Below, one piece after another: positions 20,719 through 30,562 of a stretch of DNA of 64,000 nt; within the stretch, counting starts at the first letter, position 1, and each line of letters begins with the position of its first letter. The notes below the pieces were generated by a model. That model saw only the letters and a list, made by a program, of their open reading frames with translations, made no database searches and had not been told where the DNA came from. Origin of the DNA: an uncultured delta proteobacterium (GTDB taxonomy: Bacteria; Desulfobacterota; Binatia; DP-6). The translations under genes were made by a program, and so were the position numbers. Location of the stretch: assembly GCA_963815115.1 (NCBI GenBank), contig CAWFFN010000005.1, positions 736,001 to 800,000 of the forward strand, in the 5' to 3' direction.

Positions 20719-21144
20719 ATGCAGATCCGGCCCGGGGTGGCGGCGGTGATCTTCGCGGACGACCGGGTCCTGCTGCAGCGACGTGACGACACGGGACGCT
20801 GGGGGCTGCCGGGCGGCGGCGTCGAGCCCGGCGAGTCGGTGCGACAGGCGATCGTCCGCGAGGTGCGTGAGGAGACCGGGCTCGAGGTCGATCCGGTGCG
20901 TCTGATCGGGGTCTACTCCGATCCCGTCCACCACCAGGTCGTCTCCTATCCCGACGGCAACGTGATCCATTACGTCAGCAGCGTCTTCGAGTGCGTCGTG
21001 CGCGCGGGCGCGCTCGAGTGCGGGGAGGAGTCGCTCGAGCTGGGCTGGTTCCACCCCGAAGCGCTGCCCGAGGACATGATGCTCATCTCGACGATCCGCA
21101 TCCGCGATGCCCTGGCGCGCCAGGTCGGAGCGTTCGTGCGATGA
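20719..21144 (+). CDS. NUDIX hydrolase
   Basis: [23 protein letters not shown] Nudix box. Confidence 0.93.
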   Translation: MQIRPGVAAVIFADDRVLLQRRDDTGRWGLPGGGVEPGESVRQAIVREVREETGLEVDPVRLIGVYSDPVHHQVVSYPDGNVIHYVSSVFECVVRAGALECGEESLELGWFHPEALPEDMMLISTIRIRDALARQVGAFVR

Positions 21145-22025
21145 GGGCCCTCGGCGTTCTCGTCCTCGGTGTCGCGGCGATGGCGTCGGCCGCCGAGCCG
21201 CGCTTCTTCGTGGCCGGCGACGGGACGCTCGACATCGCGAGCCGCGCGCTCGGCGAGCACGTCACCGTGCGCTACCGGCGCGACGACGGCGCCTACGACT
21301 ACGACGCCCTGACCAGGATCCGCCATCTGCTGCGCTGCCGGGGGGACGGCTACGAGGCGGAGATCACGCCCCGCTTCGTCGAGCTGCTGGGCTACCTGAA
21401 CGTGCGCAGCGGCCGTCCGCTCGCGCTGCTCTCCGGCTTCCGCAGCCCGAGCTACAACGACGGTGTCCGCCGGCGTGGCCTGCCGGCGTCGCGCGACTCG
21501 CTGCACACCGAGGGACTGGCAGCCGACCTCGCGTTCCCGCGCGACCTGCTCGAGCCGCTCTGGTTCGGGATCCGGGAGCTCGACTGCTGCGGCGCGGGCT
21601 ACTACGCCCGTGAGGGCTTCCTGCACGTCGACGTCGGCCGGCCGCGCTACTGGGAGCCGTCGACGTCGCGGGTCGACGAGGACCTCTCCGGCGGCAACGC
21701 GCGCGTCTTCGCGCGCACGGACTACGACCGCTACGTGCCGGGCGAGATGATGCTGGTGCGGCTCCACGCCGTCACGCTCCCGCCGCTGCGGCTCGAGCGT
21801 ACGGCGCGGCTCGTAGCCGACGGTGACGGCAAGGGCGCCACGGTGACGGTGGCGGAGGTCGGCGCGCCCGCGGGCAGCGGCTGCATCCCGGCCGATCGCG
21901 CGACCCGGCTCCTGGTGAAGGGGGCGCCTGCGGTCGCGCGCGGGCGGATCGTGTTCACGACCTGCGAGCCCCGTGCCGAACGCACGCCGGCGATCGTCGA
22001 GACGAATCCCGTCTCGCTCCGCTGA
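21141..22025 (+). CDS. DUF882/YcbK (peptidase M15) family secreted protein with C-terminal extension
   Basis: [22 protein letters not shown]...FLHVDVG. Confidence 0.88.
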   Translation: MRALGVLVLGVAAMASAAEPRFFVAGDGTLDIASRALGEHVTVRYRRDDGAYDYDALTRIRHLLRCRGDGYEAEITPRFVELLGYLNVRSGRPLALLSGFRSPSYNDGVRRRGLPASRDSLHTEGLAADLAFPRDLLEPLWFGIRELDCCGAGYYAREGFLHVDVGRPRYWEPSTSRVDEDLSGGNARVFARTDYDRYVPGEMMLVRLHAVTLPPLRLERTARLVADGDGKGATVTVAEVGAPAGSGCIPADRATRLLVKGAPAVARGRIVFTTCEPRAERTPAIVETNPVSLR

Positions 22026-22035
22026 ACGGTCGCTC

Positions 22036-22620
22036 TCAGGCCTCGGCCGGCGTCAGCCAGATGCGTGGCAACGCGGGCGGCTCCCAGGCGACCAGCCGAT
22101 CGAGCAGCGATTCGGCGTCCGTGTCCGCGAGGAGCATCGCCGCCCGCGCGGGCTCGACGAAGCCGCCGGCGACGGCGTCGTCGAGGAGCAGGCGCAGGCC
22201 GCGCCAGTAGCCGTCCACGTCGAGGAGCGCGACGGGTTTGCGATGGATGCCGAGCTGCAGCCAGGTGAGCATCTCGAGCAGCTCCTCGAACGTCCCGAGA
22301 CCGCCAGGCAGCGCGATGAATCCGTCGGCGAGCGTCGCCATCGTCTCCTTGCGCTCGTGCATGCCCGACACCACGCGCAGCTCGCTGAGGCCGGCGTGCG
22401 CGATCTCGGCGGAGTAGAGGCCGCGGGGAATGATCCCGATCGCCGTGCCACCGCCGGTGAGGACGGCGTCGGCGAGGATACCCATCAGGCCGATCGAGCC
22501 GCCGCCGTAGACCAGCCCGAGGCCGCGTCGCGCGAGCGCGTCGCCGAGGGCACGGGCCGCGTCGGCATACGCCGGGCGGCTACCGGTCGAGGAGCCGCAG
22601 AAGACGCAGAGGCGTCGCAT
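22036..22620 (-). CDS. LOG family (TIGR00730) phosphoribohydrolase
   Basis: CVFCGS, VYGGGSIGLMG, MHERK, PGGLGTFEE. Confidence 0.95.
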   Translation of the reverse strand: MRRLCVFCGSSTGSRPAYADAARALGDALARRGLGLVYGGGSIGLMGILADAVLTGGGTAIGIIPRGLYSAEIAHAGLSELRVVSGMHERKETMATLADGFIALPGGLGTFEELLEMLTWLQLGIHRKPVALLDVDGYWRGLRLLLDDAVAGGFVEPARAAMLLADTDAESLLDRLVAWEPPALPRIWLTPAEA

Positions 22621-22749
22621 GGGCCGGCAATGTGCGCGAAATCGACCCGCTGCGCTAGCTGGTCTGCCTGCCGCTCGCCGGCGGGCACCCCCGGTCCTCG
22701 ATGCCGCGGCGTCGACTGCGGATCGCCGGCGAGCTCGACCGATCTCGCG

Positions 22750-23976
22750 TCAGGGTCCGACCGCGCTGAACATCGCCCCGTTCGCCTTCTTCACCCGGGT
22801 GAGCGCCGTGCCGAAACACGAGGCATCGCTCGTCAGGACCTGAACCGTCGCGCCGCTCTGGCTCTGCAGCGAGGCCGCGATCCCTCGCGGCAAGGTCGAG
22901 GCGGTGTTCTTGCCGATGATCTGGACGTTGCCCTTGCCCAGCTGACCGCCGCCCAGCTTGATCTTCGAGATCCCGTCCGCAGCGGTGCTCTTGTCCGTAT
23001 ACTCGTATCCCTTGGCGGACATCGTGGACCAGCACGATAGTTGGCCGCACAGGCCTCCCGCTCGCGCGACCGTGTACACACCCTTCAGCTGGTTGGCGGC
23101 GTCGTAGATGCAGACCTTGTAGCTCGTCCTCCCCGTGACGGGGTTCCCGAACTCGCTCGCCGTGACGGCCGTCCGCAGCTTCGAGAGCGACAGCCGCAGC
23201 TTTCCCTTGCCGGTCTTCCTCTCACTCACGAGCAGGACGCCCTTCCCGGAAGCGACGCAATCGACGGCCGGAGCGGGTCCGCAGCCGAACAGGGTGGTCG
23301 TCGTGGTCGTACTCGTGGTGGTCGTCGTGATGCTCACCGCTGCCGCGCACTCCGGATCCGCCGCGTCGACCAACCCGTCGCCGTCGTTGTCGAGACCGAC
23401 GGGGTCGGCATCGAGCGGCATGTCTTCATCGGCGCTCGAGCACGGGTTCCTCAGCCTGCTGAACATGGGCTGGTAGTACGGGGGCGCCACATTCTCGCCG
23501 AGCAACGTCGGGAAGGGGTCGGGAGACCCGAGCGCTCCCGACCGGTGGCAGCCCGAGCTCCCGCATGCGGTGATGCCCAGGTTCACGTGGAACCGGCGGA
23601 GGCCGTACGCGGTTGCCTTCGGCTCGCCACTGTCTGGTGACGTCTCGCCGTAGTCCTGGCCGTGACACCCGGCGCAGCCGAAACCTCCGCCGGGGCCGCT
23701 CCAATACGTGCGAACCGGCGTGCTGCCTCCTCCCGCGGAATGACACACGTTGCAGGTCGTGATGCCCAACTGTGTCCGGTGCTGGAAATGCAACGGACCA
23801 TTGCCGCCCTGGAAGCCGTCGTGGCACGAGACGCACCCTTTTCCGGCGCCGTCGTCGTACATCGGATACGCATGCGCGTTCGCGCACCACGCCAGGCACA
23901 GAAGAAAAAGGGCGTGGCCCGTCCGCAGTGCAATCGCCTTCGCGGACGTGCCAGACCTGGATCGGACTCGCGTCAT
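22750..23976 (-). CDS. Secreted multiheme cytochrome c with Ca-binding motif, Thr linker and C-terminal domain
   Basis: CVSCH, CNVCH, CAGCH, CGSSGCH; DNDGDGLVD; poly-Thr. Confidence 0.8.
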   Translation of the reverse strand: MTRVRSRSGTSAKAIALRTGHALFLLCLAWCANAHAYPMYDDGAGKGCVSCHDGFQGGNGPLHFQHRTQLGITTCNVCHSAGGGSTPVRTYWSGPGGGFGCAGCHGQDYGETSPDSGEPKATAYGLRRFHVNLGITACGSSGCHRSGALGSPDPFPTLLGENVAPPYYQPMFSRLRNPCSSADEDMPLDADPVGLDNDGDGLVDAADPECAAAVSITTTTTSTTTTTTLFGCGPAPAVDCVASGKGVLLVSERKTGKGKLRLSLSKLRTAVTASEFGNPVTGRTSYKVCIYDAANQLKGVYTVARAGGLCGQLSCWSTMSAKGYEYTDKSTAADGISKIKLGGGQLGKGNVQIIGKNTASTLPRGIAASLQSQSGATVQVLTSDASCFGTALTRVKKANGAMFSAVGP

Positions 23977-23986
23977 TCACTCCCCC

Positions 23987-26347
23987 TCAATGAACCGACT
24001 CCGAAGCCTTCGCCTCGACGAAGTGGCGCGGAACCTCGTCCATCTTGCCGAGCAGGCGCAGGACGACATCGAGCGCGTTCTGAACGGCCGGATTCGGCTT
24101 CTCGGCAAGCGAACGCCGATAGTAGGACTCCGCTTCTTCGAGCTTCCCTTGCTTCACCAGCGCCTCTGCGAGGTTGTTGCAGGCCGGTGTGTACTTCGGG
24201 TTGATGTCGAGCGCGCTGCGAAACTCCGCCACCGCCTCCTCCGTCCGACCCTGCCGGGCGATCACGTATCCCAGGCCGTTGTGGGTCTCGGCAGTCGGCC
24301 GTCCGGGCAGCGCTCGGCGGTAGTGGCCCTCGGCCTCGGCGAACTTCCCCGCCTGCACGAGCGTGACGGCCAGGTTGATGTGCGCCGAGGCGCAGTTCGC
24401 GTCCAGCTCGAGCGCTTTCCGGTAGTCCTCGAGCGCCTCCGCCGATCTCCCCAGCTGCGCCAGGGTGAAACCGAGGTCGCTGTAGATTTCCGCCTTCGGT
24501 TCGGACTCGAGCGATGCTTCGAAGTGCTTGGCGGCCTCGTCGAGCTGACCGAGCTCGACGAGCGCGAGCGCCAGGTTGTTGTGCGCCTTCGCGTTGCCGG
24601 GATTGGCCGCCAGGGCCCGCCTGTACTCCGGCACCGCGTCCGCGGTCCGTCCGTCCTGGAACAACGTCCATCCCAGTGCATTGCGCAGCTCCGGGTCGTC
24701 CGGAGCGACCTCCAGCCCGCGCCGATAGGCTCGCTCGGCGCCCTCGTGGTTTCCCGTGTGCTCGTTGGCCATCCCGGCCCGCAGAAACGAGTAGGCATCC
24801 AGGAACTGCTCGCGAATCTCGGCAATGGCGTCACCGGGCAGCTTCACGAACTCCGGGATGTTCGCGGCCCGGTCCGCCGAGGTGAATCGCTCGAGGAGGA
24901 CAGGCGGGCTGTCGTTTCCATCCTCGTCGATGTGTGTGAGGAACAGCTGGGTGTACGGCCCGTTGACCTTCGAGGAGAATACCAGCCAGCGGCTGTTCGA
25001 CGACCAGCTGTGCCAGGAGTTCATGCGCGCGGTGTTGTAGCGCAGCCGTCTCGCGACGCCGCCCTCGGCCGGGATGATGTACAGCTCGCTGTCGGGCTGC
25101 AGCAGCATGTAGCTCTTGGCCTTGCAGAAGATGATCCACTTCCCGTCGGGCGAGTACTTCGGGAAGAAGTTGCTCATCCCGTCTCCCGAGGCGCCTCGAA
25201 GCGGCTCGGCCGTTCCGCCCTTCCCGTCGTTGAACGGGACCCTGTAGAGGTCGTAGCGGAAGGGCTTCTTCTGGACCGTGAACTCCGGAACGTCCTTCTG
25301 GTCGACCAACGCGCTGTTCTGCTCGTGGAGGCCCTCCGCGTGGTAGGCCTTCGCCCTGGCGAACACGATGTACTTGCCGTCCGGGCTCCATACCGCGTTG
25401 CTCTGCACGTACTGCGGGTCGTCGGCGCCGGGCAGCGGCGAATACGTCTCGGTCTCCCGATCGTAGACGACGAGGATGCCCTTGATGGGAAAGAAGAGCT
25501 GCGAGAACATCAGGTCGGGCATCGCGACGAACACGGAGCGATCCTTGACCGTGCTGACCACGTATCGTCCCGTCGGCGAGACGCGAGACAACAAGCCGAA
25601 GGTGACCTCGCCGTCGTCACGCTTGTAGTCCGACCACGTGGTGATCTTCGCGTCGTCCATCACCATGTGCTTCGACACGTTCATGATGGCGTAGGCGCCC
25701 TTGTCGTTGCCGTAGTCGACGTCCATCCCGAGCACGCTGCCGTTGTCCGCGAACGAATGACAGTTCCCGCACACGGGGAGGTTCTGCAGCACGATCGGCG
25801 GGCCGGACTCCGAGTCGACGGTTCCGAAGCGCCAGCGGATGCGTGACGGATCCTGTACGGCTTTCAGAAAGGGCAGCGGAACTTCCCGGTAGAACAGGGA
25901 GTCGCCAACCGCGTCCCTCGACGTGCGGATATGCACCGATGCCGGCGAGGCGGTCGCGCGCTTCGTGCGGTCGACACCCGAGACGAGCACCTCGGCATCG
26001 CGCTCCGAGCTGAGCTGCTTGATCAGCCTCCAGCGGTCCTCCGAGGGCCTCCAGTTCGGCGCGTCGACCGACTCTCTCAGAATCTCGCCGCCGGTGAAGT
26101 CTCGCACCATCACGTCCCAGCGATCGGCGCCGCCGGTCTCGTCCTGCCACACGAAGGTCGGAGCGACGCTCTCCGGCGGAAACAGCGTCCCCTCCAGCGG
26201 ATAGGTGATCCGCAGTCCTGCTTCGTTGGCGGCGCCCGTCTCACGCGCGGCGCCGTCGCGAGAGCAACCGGCAAGGAAGACGGCGGCAGCGAGCGCCAGC
26301 GAGACGACGGCGGCAGTGACCGCGCGTGAGCGACGTCCCTTCGGCAT
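23987..26347 (-). CDS. Lipoprotein with CxxCH, PD40/TolB-like propeller and C-terminal TPRs
   Basis: LAGC lipobox; VCGNCHSF; WSPDGKYIVF, YSPDGKWIIF, WSSNSRWLVFSS; repeated HNNL/YRRAL TPR motifs. Confidence 0.88.
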   Translation of the reverse strand: MPKGRRSRAVTAAVVSLALAAAVFLAGCSRDGAARETGAANEAGLRITYPLEGTLFPPESVAPTFVWQDETGGADRWDVMVRDFTGGEILRESVDAPNWRPSEDRWRLIKQLSSERDAEVLVSGVDRTKRATASPASVHIRTSRDAVGDSLFYREVPLPFLKAVQDPSRIRWRFGTVDSESGPPIVLQNLPVCGNCHSFADNGSVLGMDVDYGNDKGAYAIMNVSKHMVMDDAKITTWSDYKRDDGEVTFGLLSRVSPTGRYVVSTVKDRSVFVAMPDLMFSQLFFPIKGILVVYDRETETYSPLPGADDPQYVQSNAVWSPDGKYIVFARAKAYHAEGLHEQNSALVDQKDVPEFTVQKKPFRYDLYRVPFNDGKGGTAEPLRGASGDGMSNFFPKYSPDGKWIIFCKAKSYMLLQPDSELYIIPAEGGVARRLRYNTARMNSWHSWSSNSRWLVFSSKVNGPYTQLFLTHIDEDGNDSPPVLLERFTSADRAANIPEFVKLPGDAIAEIREQFLDAYSFLRAGMANEHTGNHEGAERAYRRGLEVAPDDPELRNALGWTLFQDGRTADAVPEYRRALAANPGNAKAHNNLALALVELGQLDEAAKHFEASLESEPKAEIYSDLGFTLAQLGRSAEALEDYRKALELDANCASAHINLAVTLVQAGKFAEAEGHYRRALPGRPTAETHNGLGYVIARQGRTEEAVAEFRSALDINPKYTPACNNLAEALVKQGKLEEAESYYRRSLAEKPNPAVQNALDVVLRLLGKMDEVPRHFVEAKASESVH

Positions 26348-26355
26348 CTCGCCGA

Positions 26356-27699
26356 CTACGCTCCCGCCGTCGCAGCGGGGAGGAGCGCTATGGCCTCGGT
26401 TTCACAGAGCAGGTCGGGACGGCACAACGGAGCCTCGACGAGCGCGCACGGGAAGCCGTCGAGGCCGCGCGTGCGAAGCATCGAGCGCAGAACCGGCGCA
26501 TCGCTCGGGTTCTTGAGATACGTGACCCCCGACGCGAGGTTCTCGAAGCTGGCGCCCTGCCGGGCGAGCAGCGACGCGATGTTGTCCAGCATGCGATCGA
26601 CCTGGGCCTCGAAGTGTCCCACGTGGACGGTCCGTCCCACTTCGTCGATGCTCGCGGTTCCGGAGACGTAGAGGGTCACCTTGTTCGCGTCGGCGATCCT
26701 CAGGCCGCGCGAGAAGTCCGCACCATAGGTCCACGCTTCGTTGAGCAAGGGGGTGTGAATCGGCGCGATGTCGAGCCCCCGGGAAGACGTTGCCGCATGG
26801 AGGCTCATGGAGAAGTCGTGCGCCCCCGAAAACGGAGCGCCCTGAACGCACGTGCTGGCAGGCCTTCGCTCGATGCCGCAGCGCCGGAAGAACTCGCGCC
26901 GGGCTCTGTTGAGCGCGGCATAGTCCCGGTCGATGTTCCGCACGTGGATCCACGTGCGGACGACGTTGGCGAAGCTCATCCCGGCGTCGGCGAGCAGACC
27001 CTCGGCGACACGGAACATGTGGTACGCCTCCTCGAATGCGTCTTCCCCCGACCCGTAGATGTTCCCGGTGTGCAGGGAGGTCTGGTCGCCCAGGCGGACA
27101 ACCGTCGCGCGCGCTCGCGGTGCGCAGGCTTCGCACGAGCAGGCGGAGGTCCGACTCGCCTCGTACGCCGAGTACGACCCCCCGGAGCGAGGAATCACGG
27201 CCACCGCGGAGAGCTCGAGGTGCGCGCGGCGGTCGAGCGGAGGCTGTCCGATGAACGTCGTCGCCACGGGGCCGGCCTCGAGCCCGGCCGCCCGGACCAC
27301 CCGACAACGTGCGCGACGCACCACCTCGCAGTGCTCTCGGATCCGTCGAAGGAACACGGTCTCGGTGACGATGGCCTCGGGTCCCGCGCCTTCCCGGGCA
27401 AGCGCGGCGAGCAGGGCCTCGTAGAGCGCGTCGGCTTGCCGGGCCGCATCCGGGATCCCCTCGCCCGGCCGGCACTGGATGAACAGCTCATCCGCCATGG
27501 GGCCGCTGAACCGGCGAAGAGCGATCGACGCGCTGCTCGCCTGGACGCGGCGATCGAATGCTGCGGGCTGCGCCGCGGCCGCCTCCCGCCCTGGTGCGAC
27601 CGGCATCCGCCGCGCGCGTGATCCTCGATCGTCCTCGTGGACCCACGCCGCCGGCTGCCGGCGGCGTGGCGTACCGAGGACTTCCACGGCCCGGCTCAT
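26356..27699 (-). CDS. Tandem Rid (YjgF/L-PSP) domain protein
   Basis: FIGQPPL, VVRTWIHV, PASTCVQG, FSRG, YVSGTASID, CRPDLLCETE. Confidence 0.85.
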   Translation of the reverse strand: MSRAVEVLGTPRRRQPAAWVHEDDRGSRARRMPVAPGREAAAAQPAAFDRRVQASSASIALRRFSGPMADELFIQCRPGEGIPDAARQADALYEALLAALAREGAGPEAIVTETVFLRRIREHCEVVRRARCRVVRAAGLEAGPVATTFIGQPPLDRRAHLELSAVAVIPRSGGSYSAYEASRTSACSCEACAPRARATVVRLGDQTSLHTGNIYGSGEDAFEEAYHMFRVAEGLLADAGMSFANVVRTWIHVRNIDRDYAALNRARREFFRRCGIERRPASTCVQGAPFSGAHDFSMSLHAATSSRGLDIAPIHTPLLNEAWTYGADFSRGLRIADANKVTLYVSGTASIDEVGRTVHVGHFEAQVDRMLDNIASLLARQGASFENLASGVTYLKNPSDAPVLRSMLRTRGLDGFPCALVEAPLCRPDLLCETEAIALLPAATAGA

Positions 27700-27704
27700 G
27701 GGCG

Positions 27705-28865
27705 CTACCTGCAGCTCCGGGCCATCAGGGGCGGCACAACCGGCGCCTCGAACGTACCGTACTTGTTGTTCGCGAAGCAGTTCTCGTGACCCGTATCGAA
27801 CATGAGGTACGTCACGTCCGCCGCAAACAGCTCCAGGCCACCGAACGGCGTCGGAGCGGTTCCGTTGCTCTTGAAGACGTTCGAGACGTACGTGTTGTCG
27901 TCCGGGGCGGACTCGACTTGCGGAGGGTTCGATGAGCAGTCGAACTGTGATCCCGCCACCGCCACGCAGTAGTCGACGACCGTGATGCCGTAGAAGTTGT
28001 TCCTCTCGATCCGGTTCTTCTGAATGTTCACGTTGTCGACGCCCAAGACCAGAATGCCGCCACCGGGTGGCAGGGACGCGGACATCGAACCTGGCGGCGC
28101 GTCATTCGGCTCGTTGTTGTCGTGCACGTAGTTGCCGACGATGTCCCAGTTGCCGTCGTTTCCGAGCGGAGGCAGAGACGCTGCCGAAGGATGATAGAGG
28201 CCGATCCCGGTGGTGTTGTGGTGAATGTGGTTGTTCTTCGCCACGATGTTCTTCGAGACCGTGATCTCGAGGCCCGTGGGGCTGTTGTAGAACTCGTTGT
28301 TGAGAACGCGGACGTTCTCGGACGCCTCGATCCACAGCGCGCTGTCTTCCGAGCCGTACGCGACGTTCTTCTTCACGAGGCCGTTCGCCGAAAGGGTCGG
28401 CCAGATCCCGTTCTCCAGGTTGGAGATCGACTCGTTTCTCTCGATATTGAAGTCGTGCACGTGTCGCAGCCAGATGCCGTTGTTCGAGAACCCCTCGACG
28501 GTGAAGCCCTTGATCGTCACGCCGACGACATCGGGATCGCCCGGGTTTGCAGGCTCGACCATGATGCCGTGCTTCTGACCTGGGCCCGGCAGGATGCGGA
28601 CCTTCACCTTTGGCAGCCTGCTCTTGGCGAGCAGCCTCAGTGGCTTGGTGATGCGGACGGCGGCCGTCCCCGCGTGCGTCTCGGTGTAGTCGCCGGGCAT
28701 CACGACGATCGTGTCACCCGGCGACGCAGCGTCGACCGCCTCCTGGATCGACTGTCCGGGCGCTACCCTGGACACGGCCGCCGGGGCCGTCGCGGGGATA
28801 CACCCGAGGGCGAAACCCAAAACCGATACTGCACCAATGCTCAGTCTAGCTTGTGTCACTTTCAT
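27705..28865 (-). CDS. Secreted parallel (right-handed) beta-helix protein
   Basis: Signal peptide; SIQEAVDAASPGDTI...PGDY; Asn/Gly-ladder repeats. Confidence 0.88.
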   Translation of the reverse strand: MKVTQARLSIGAVSVLGFALGCIPATAPAAVSRVAPGQSIQEAVDAASPGDTIVVMPGDYTETHAGTAAVRITKPLRLLAKSRLPKVKVRILPGPGQKHGIMVEPANPGDPDVVGVTIKGFTVEGFSNNGIWLRHVHDFNIERNESISNLENGIWPTLSANGLVKKNVAYGSEDSALWIEASENVRVLNNEFYNSPTGLEITVSKNIVAKNNHIHHNTTGIGLYHPSAASLPPLGNDGNWDIVGNYVHDNNEPNDAPPGSMSASLPPGGGILVLGVDNVNIQKNRIERNNFYGITVVDYCVAVAGSQFDCSSNPPQVESAPDDNTYVSNVFKSNGTAPTPFGGLELFAADVTYLMFDTGHENCFANNKYGTFEAPVVPPLMARSCR

Positions 28866-29062
28866 CCTCTCCTGTGCGCTCGGAAGCGTACGCTCGGTCG
28901 AACTATCGATCGGCCGTGACCGGGTAGATGACCGGCGGTCACGTGCGATCGTCAAATGCCGCCTTCAGACCAGCGCGCGTCACGCCGGGCGCAGCACTTT
29001 AGTCGCACCGCTGTGGATCGTTCTCGGCTTGCCTTACACACGGCGATATCCGCGGCGCCAGG

Positions 29063-29078
29063 TGCAGCATGTGTGCCA
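29063..29078 (-). promoter_or_regulatory. Sigma54-type promoter (-24/-12)
   Basis: Minus strand reads TGGCAC-ACATG-CTGCA, matching TGGCAC-N5-TTGCW spacing, about 200 nt upstream of the beta-helix gene. Confidence 0.65.
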
Positions 29079-29140
29079 GCGGACTCCGCCCGTGGCGGCG
29101 CACTTTCCTTGCACTTCCGCGAACGACGGGCGCGGGTTCG

Positions 29141-29177
29141 TGTCCCCACACGAAACGGTGGGACATTATTTCCCATG
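29141..29177. promoter_or_regulatory. Putative enhancer-binding-protein sites (UAS)
   Basis: TGTCCCCAC...GTGGGACA inverted repeat plus overlapping TGGGA-cattatt-TCCCA, 60-100 nt upstream of the sigma54 motif. Confidence 0.5.
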
Positions 29178-29483
29178 CGCTTCGGGACGCCTGCCGAGCC
29201 CGGTCTGGGCCGCGGCGGCTGGCGTTCGTCGTACCGATGGGTCCGCGGTCGATGCAGGCTATCTGGGATCTACCGGCCCTGGCCTGGCTGGCCGGAGTTC
29301 GGCGGCGCGCTTCTCGTGCGCGGTCGAGGTGGCGAGCGTCTTTCTCGACCTCGATCGTCCCTCCCGGGCTGATCGACGGCTGGCGCACGATACAGCGCCC
29401 GAGACCGCCGCAGGAGAGCGGTGTTCGCTTGCGCCGGGTCGACGTCCACGCCGCCCGGGCGCGGCGCCTTCCCCGGCCGCACC

Positions 29484-29705
29484 TCATCGCCACGGCGACA
29501 CGGCGAGGAAGAGGAGCCACAGCCCGAGCAGCAGAACCAGGGCGAGGCCGAGCAAGAGCGCATTGCGCGCCCACCGCCTGACCATGGCGTCGAGGAACTC
29601 GCGCCAGCCGAGGGTGAGCGGCGGGACGAAGAGCGTCACCAGCGCCGCCCACGCGCCCGCGAGCACGAGCACCAGCGCGACGAGCATGAGGAGGCGAGCA
29701 GGCAT
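29484..29705 (-). CDS. Small two-TM membrane protein, last gene of the ABC operon
   Basis: SD-like GAGGGG then MPARLLMLVALVLVLAG...; two hydrophobic segments; 11 nt after the SBP stop. Confidence 0.6.
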   Translation of the reverse strand: MPARLLMLVALVLVLAGAWAALVTLFVPPLTLGWREFLDAMVRRWARNALLLGLALVLLLGLWLLFLAVSPWR

Positions 29706-29716
29706 CCCCTCACCCC

Positions 29717-30562
29717 TCACAGACCCTTGTCCAGGAACTCGCGCACCACCTCGGCCGGCGACCGGTGATCGCCGTCGACCGCCCGGTTGAGCCGCCGCAT
29801 GGTCGTCGCCGAGATCTTTCCCGCGAGGCCCGCGAGGACGTCGCCGAGGCCGGGGAACTGCTCGAGGGTCGCGCGGCGCACCACCGGCACCGCCTCGTAG
29901 GGCGGGAAGGCATGACGGTCGTCGGTGAGCATGACCAGCGCGAGGGTGTCGATCTGCGCGTCGGTCGCGCTGCCGACGGCGAGGTCGGCCTTCCGCTCCG
30001 CGAGGGCACGGTAGAGGAGGCCCAGGTCCATGGTGCGGACGTCGCGGAACGCGAGGCCATAGGTCCGCTCGAGGGCGGGGAAGCCGTCCGCGCGCTGCTG
30101 GAACTCGTAGCCGAAGGCGGCGGTCCAGTCGCGGGCCGGACCGACCGCCGCGGAGATGGTGCGCACGCCCGCCTCGGGACGCACGACGAGGGCGAACGTG
30201 TTGTCGAAGCCGAGCGGCTCGGTCCAGACCAGCCCGGGCGCGTAGGCCTCGCGGACGCGCGCGAGAACGCGCGCCGGATCGGTATCGGGGGGTTCCTTCA
30301 GCACGGCGGTGAGCGCGGTGCCGGTGTACTCGACGTAGACGTCGATCTGCCCCGCACGCAGGGCCGCGTCGGCCACGAAGGTGCCGCCGAGGTCGAGCTT
30401 GCGCTGGACGGGGATGCCCGCCCGCTCCAGCACCTGCGCCAGCAGCTCCCCGAGGATGCGCTGCTCGGTGAAGTTCTTCGAGCCGACGACCACGCGGTCG
30501 CCGCGGCCGCCACACGCCGTGACGGCGACGAGGAGCAGGACTGCTGCAGCGACGCGCATCAT
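29717..30562 (-). CDS. Betaine/osmoprotectant (OpuC/OsmX-type) ABC substrate-binding lipoprotein
   Basis: VTAC lipobox, VVGSKNFTEQ, YVEYTGT, GFDNTFAL, FPPYEA. Confidence 0.92.
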   Translation of the reverse strand: MMRVAAAVLLLVAVTACGGRGDRVVVGSKNFTEQRILGELLAQVLERAGIPVQRKLDLGGTFVADAALRAGQIDVYVEYTGTALTAVLKEPPDTDPARVLARVREAYAPGLVWTEPLGFDNTFALVVRPEAGVRTISAAVGPARDWTAAFGYEFQQRADGFPALERTYGLAFRDVRTMDLGLLYRALAERKADLAVGSATDAQIDTLALVMLTDDRHAFPPYEAVPVVRRATLEQFPGLGDVLAGLAGKISATTMRRLNRAVDGDHRSPAEVVREFLDKGL

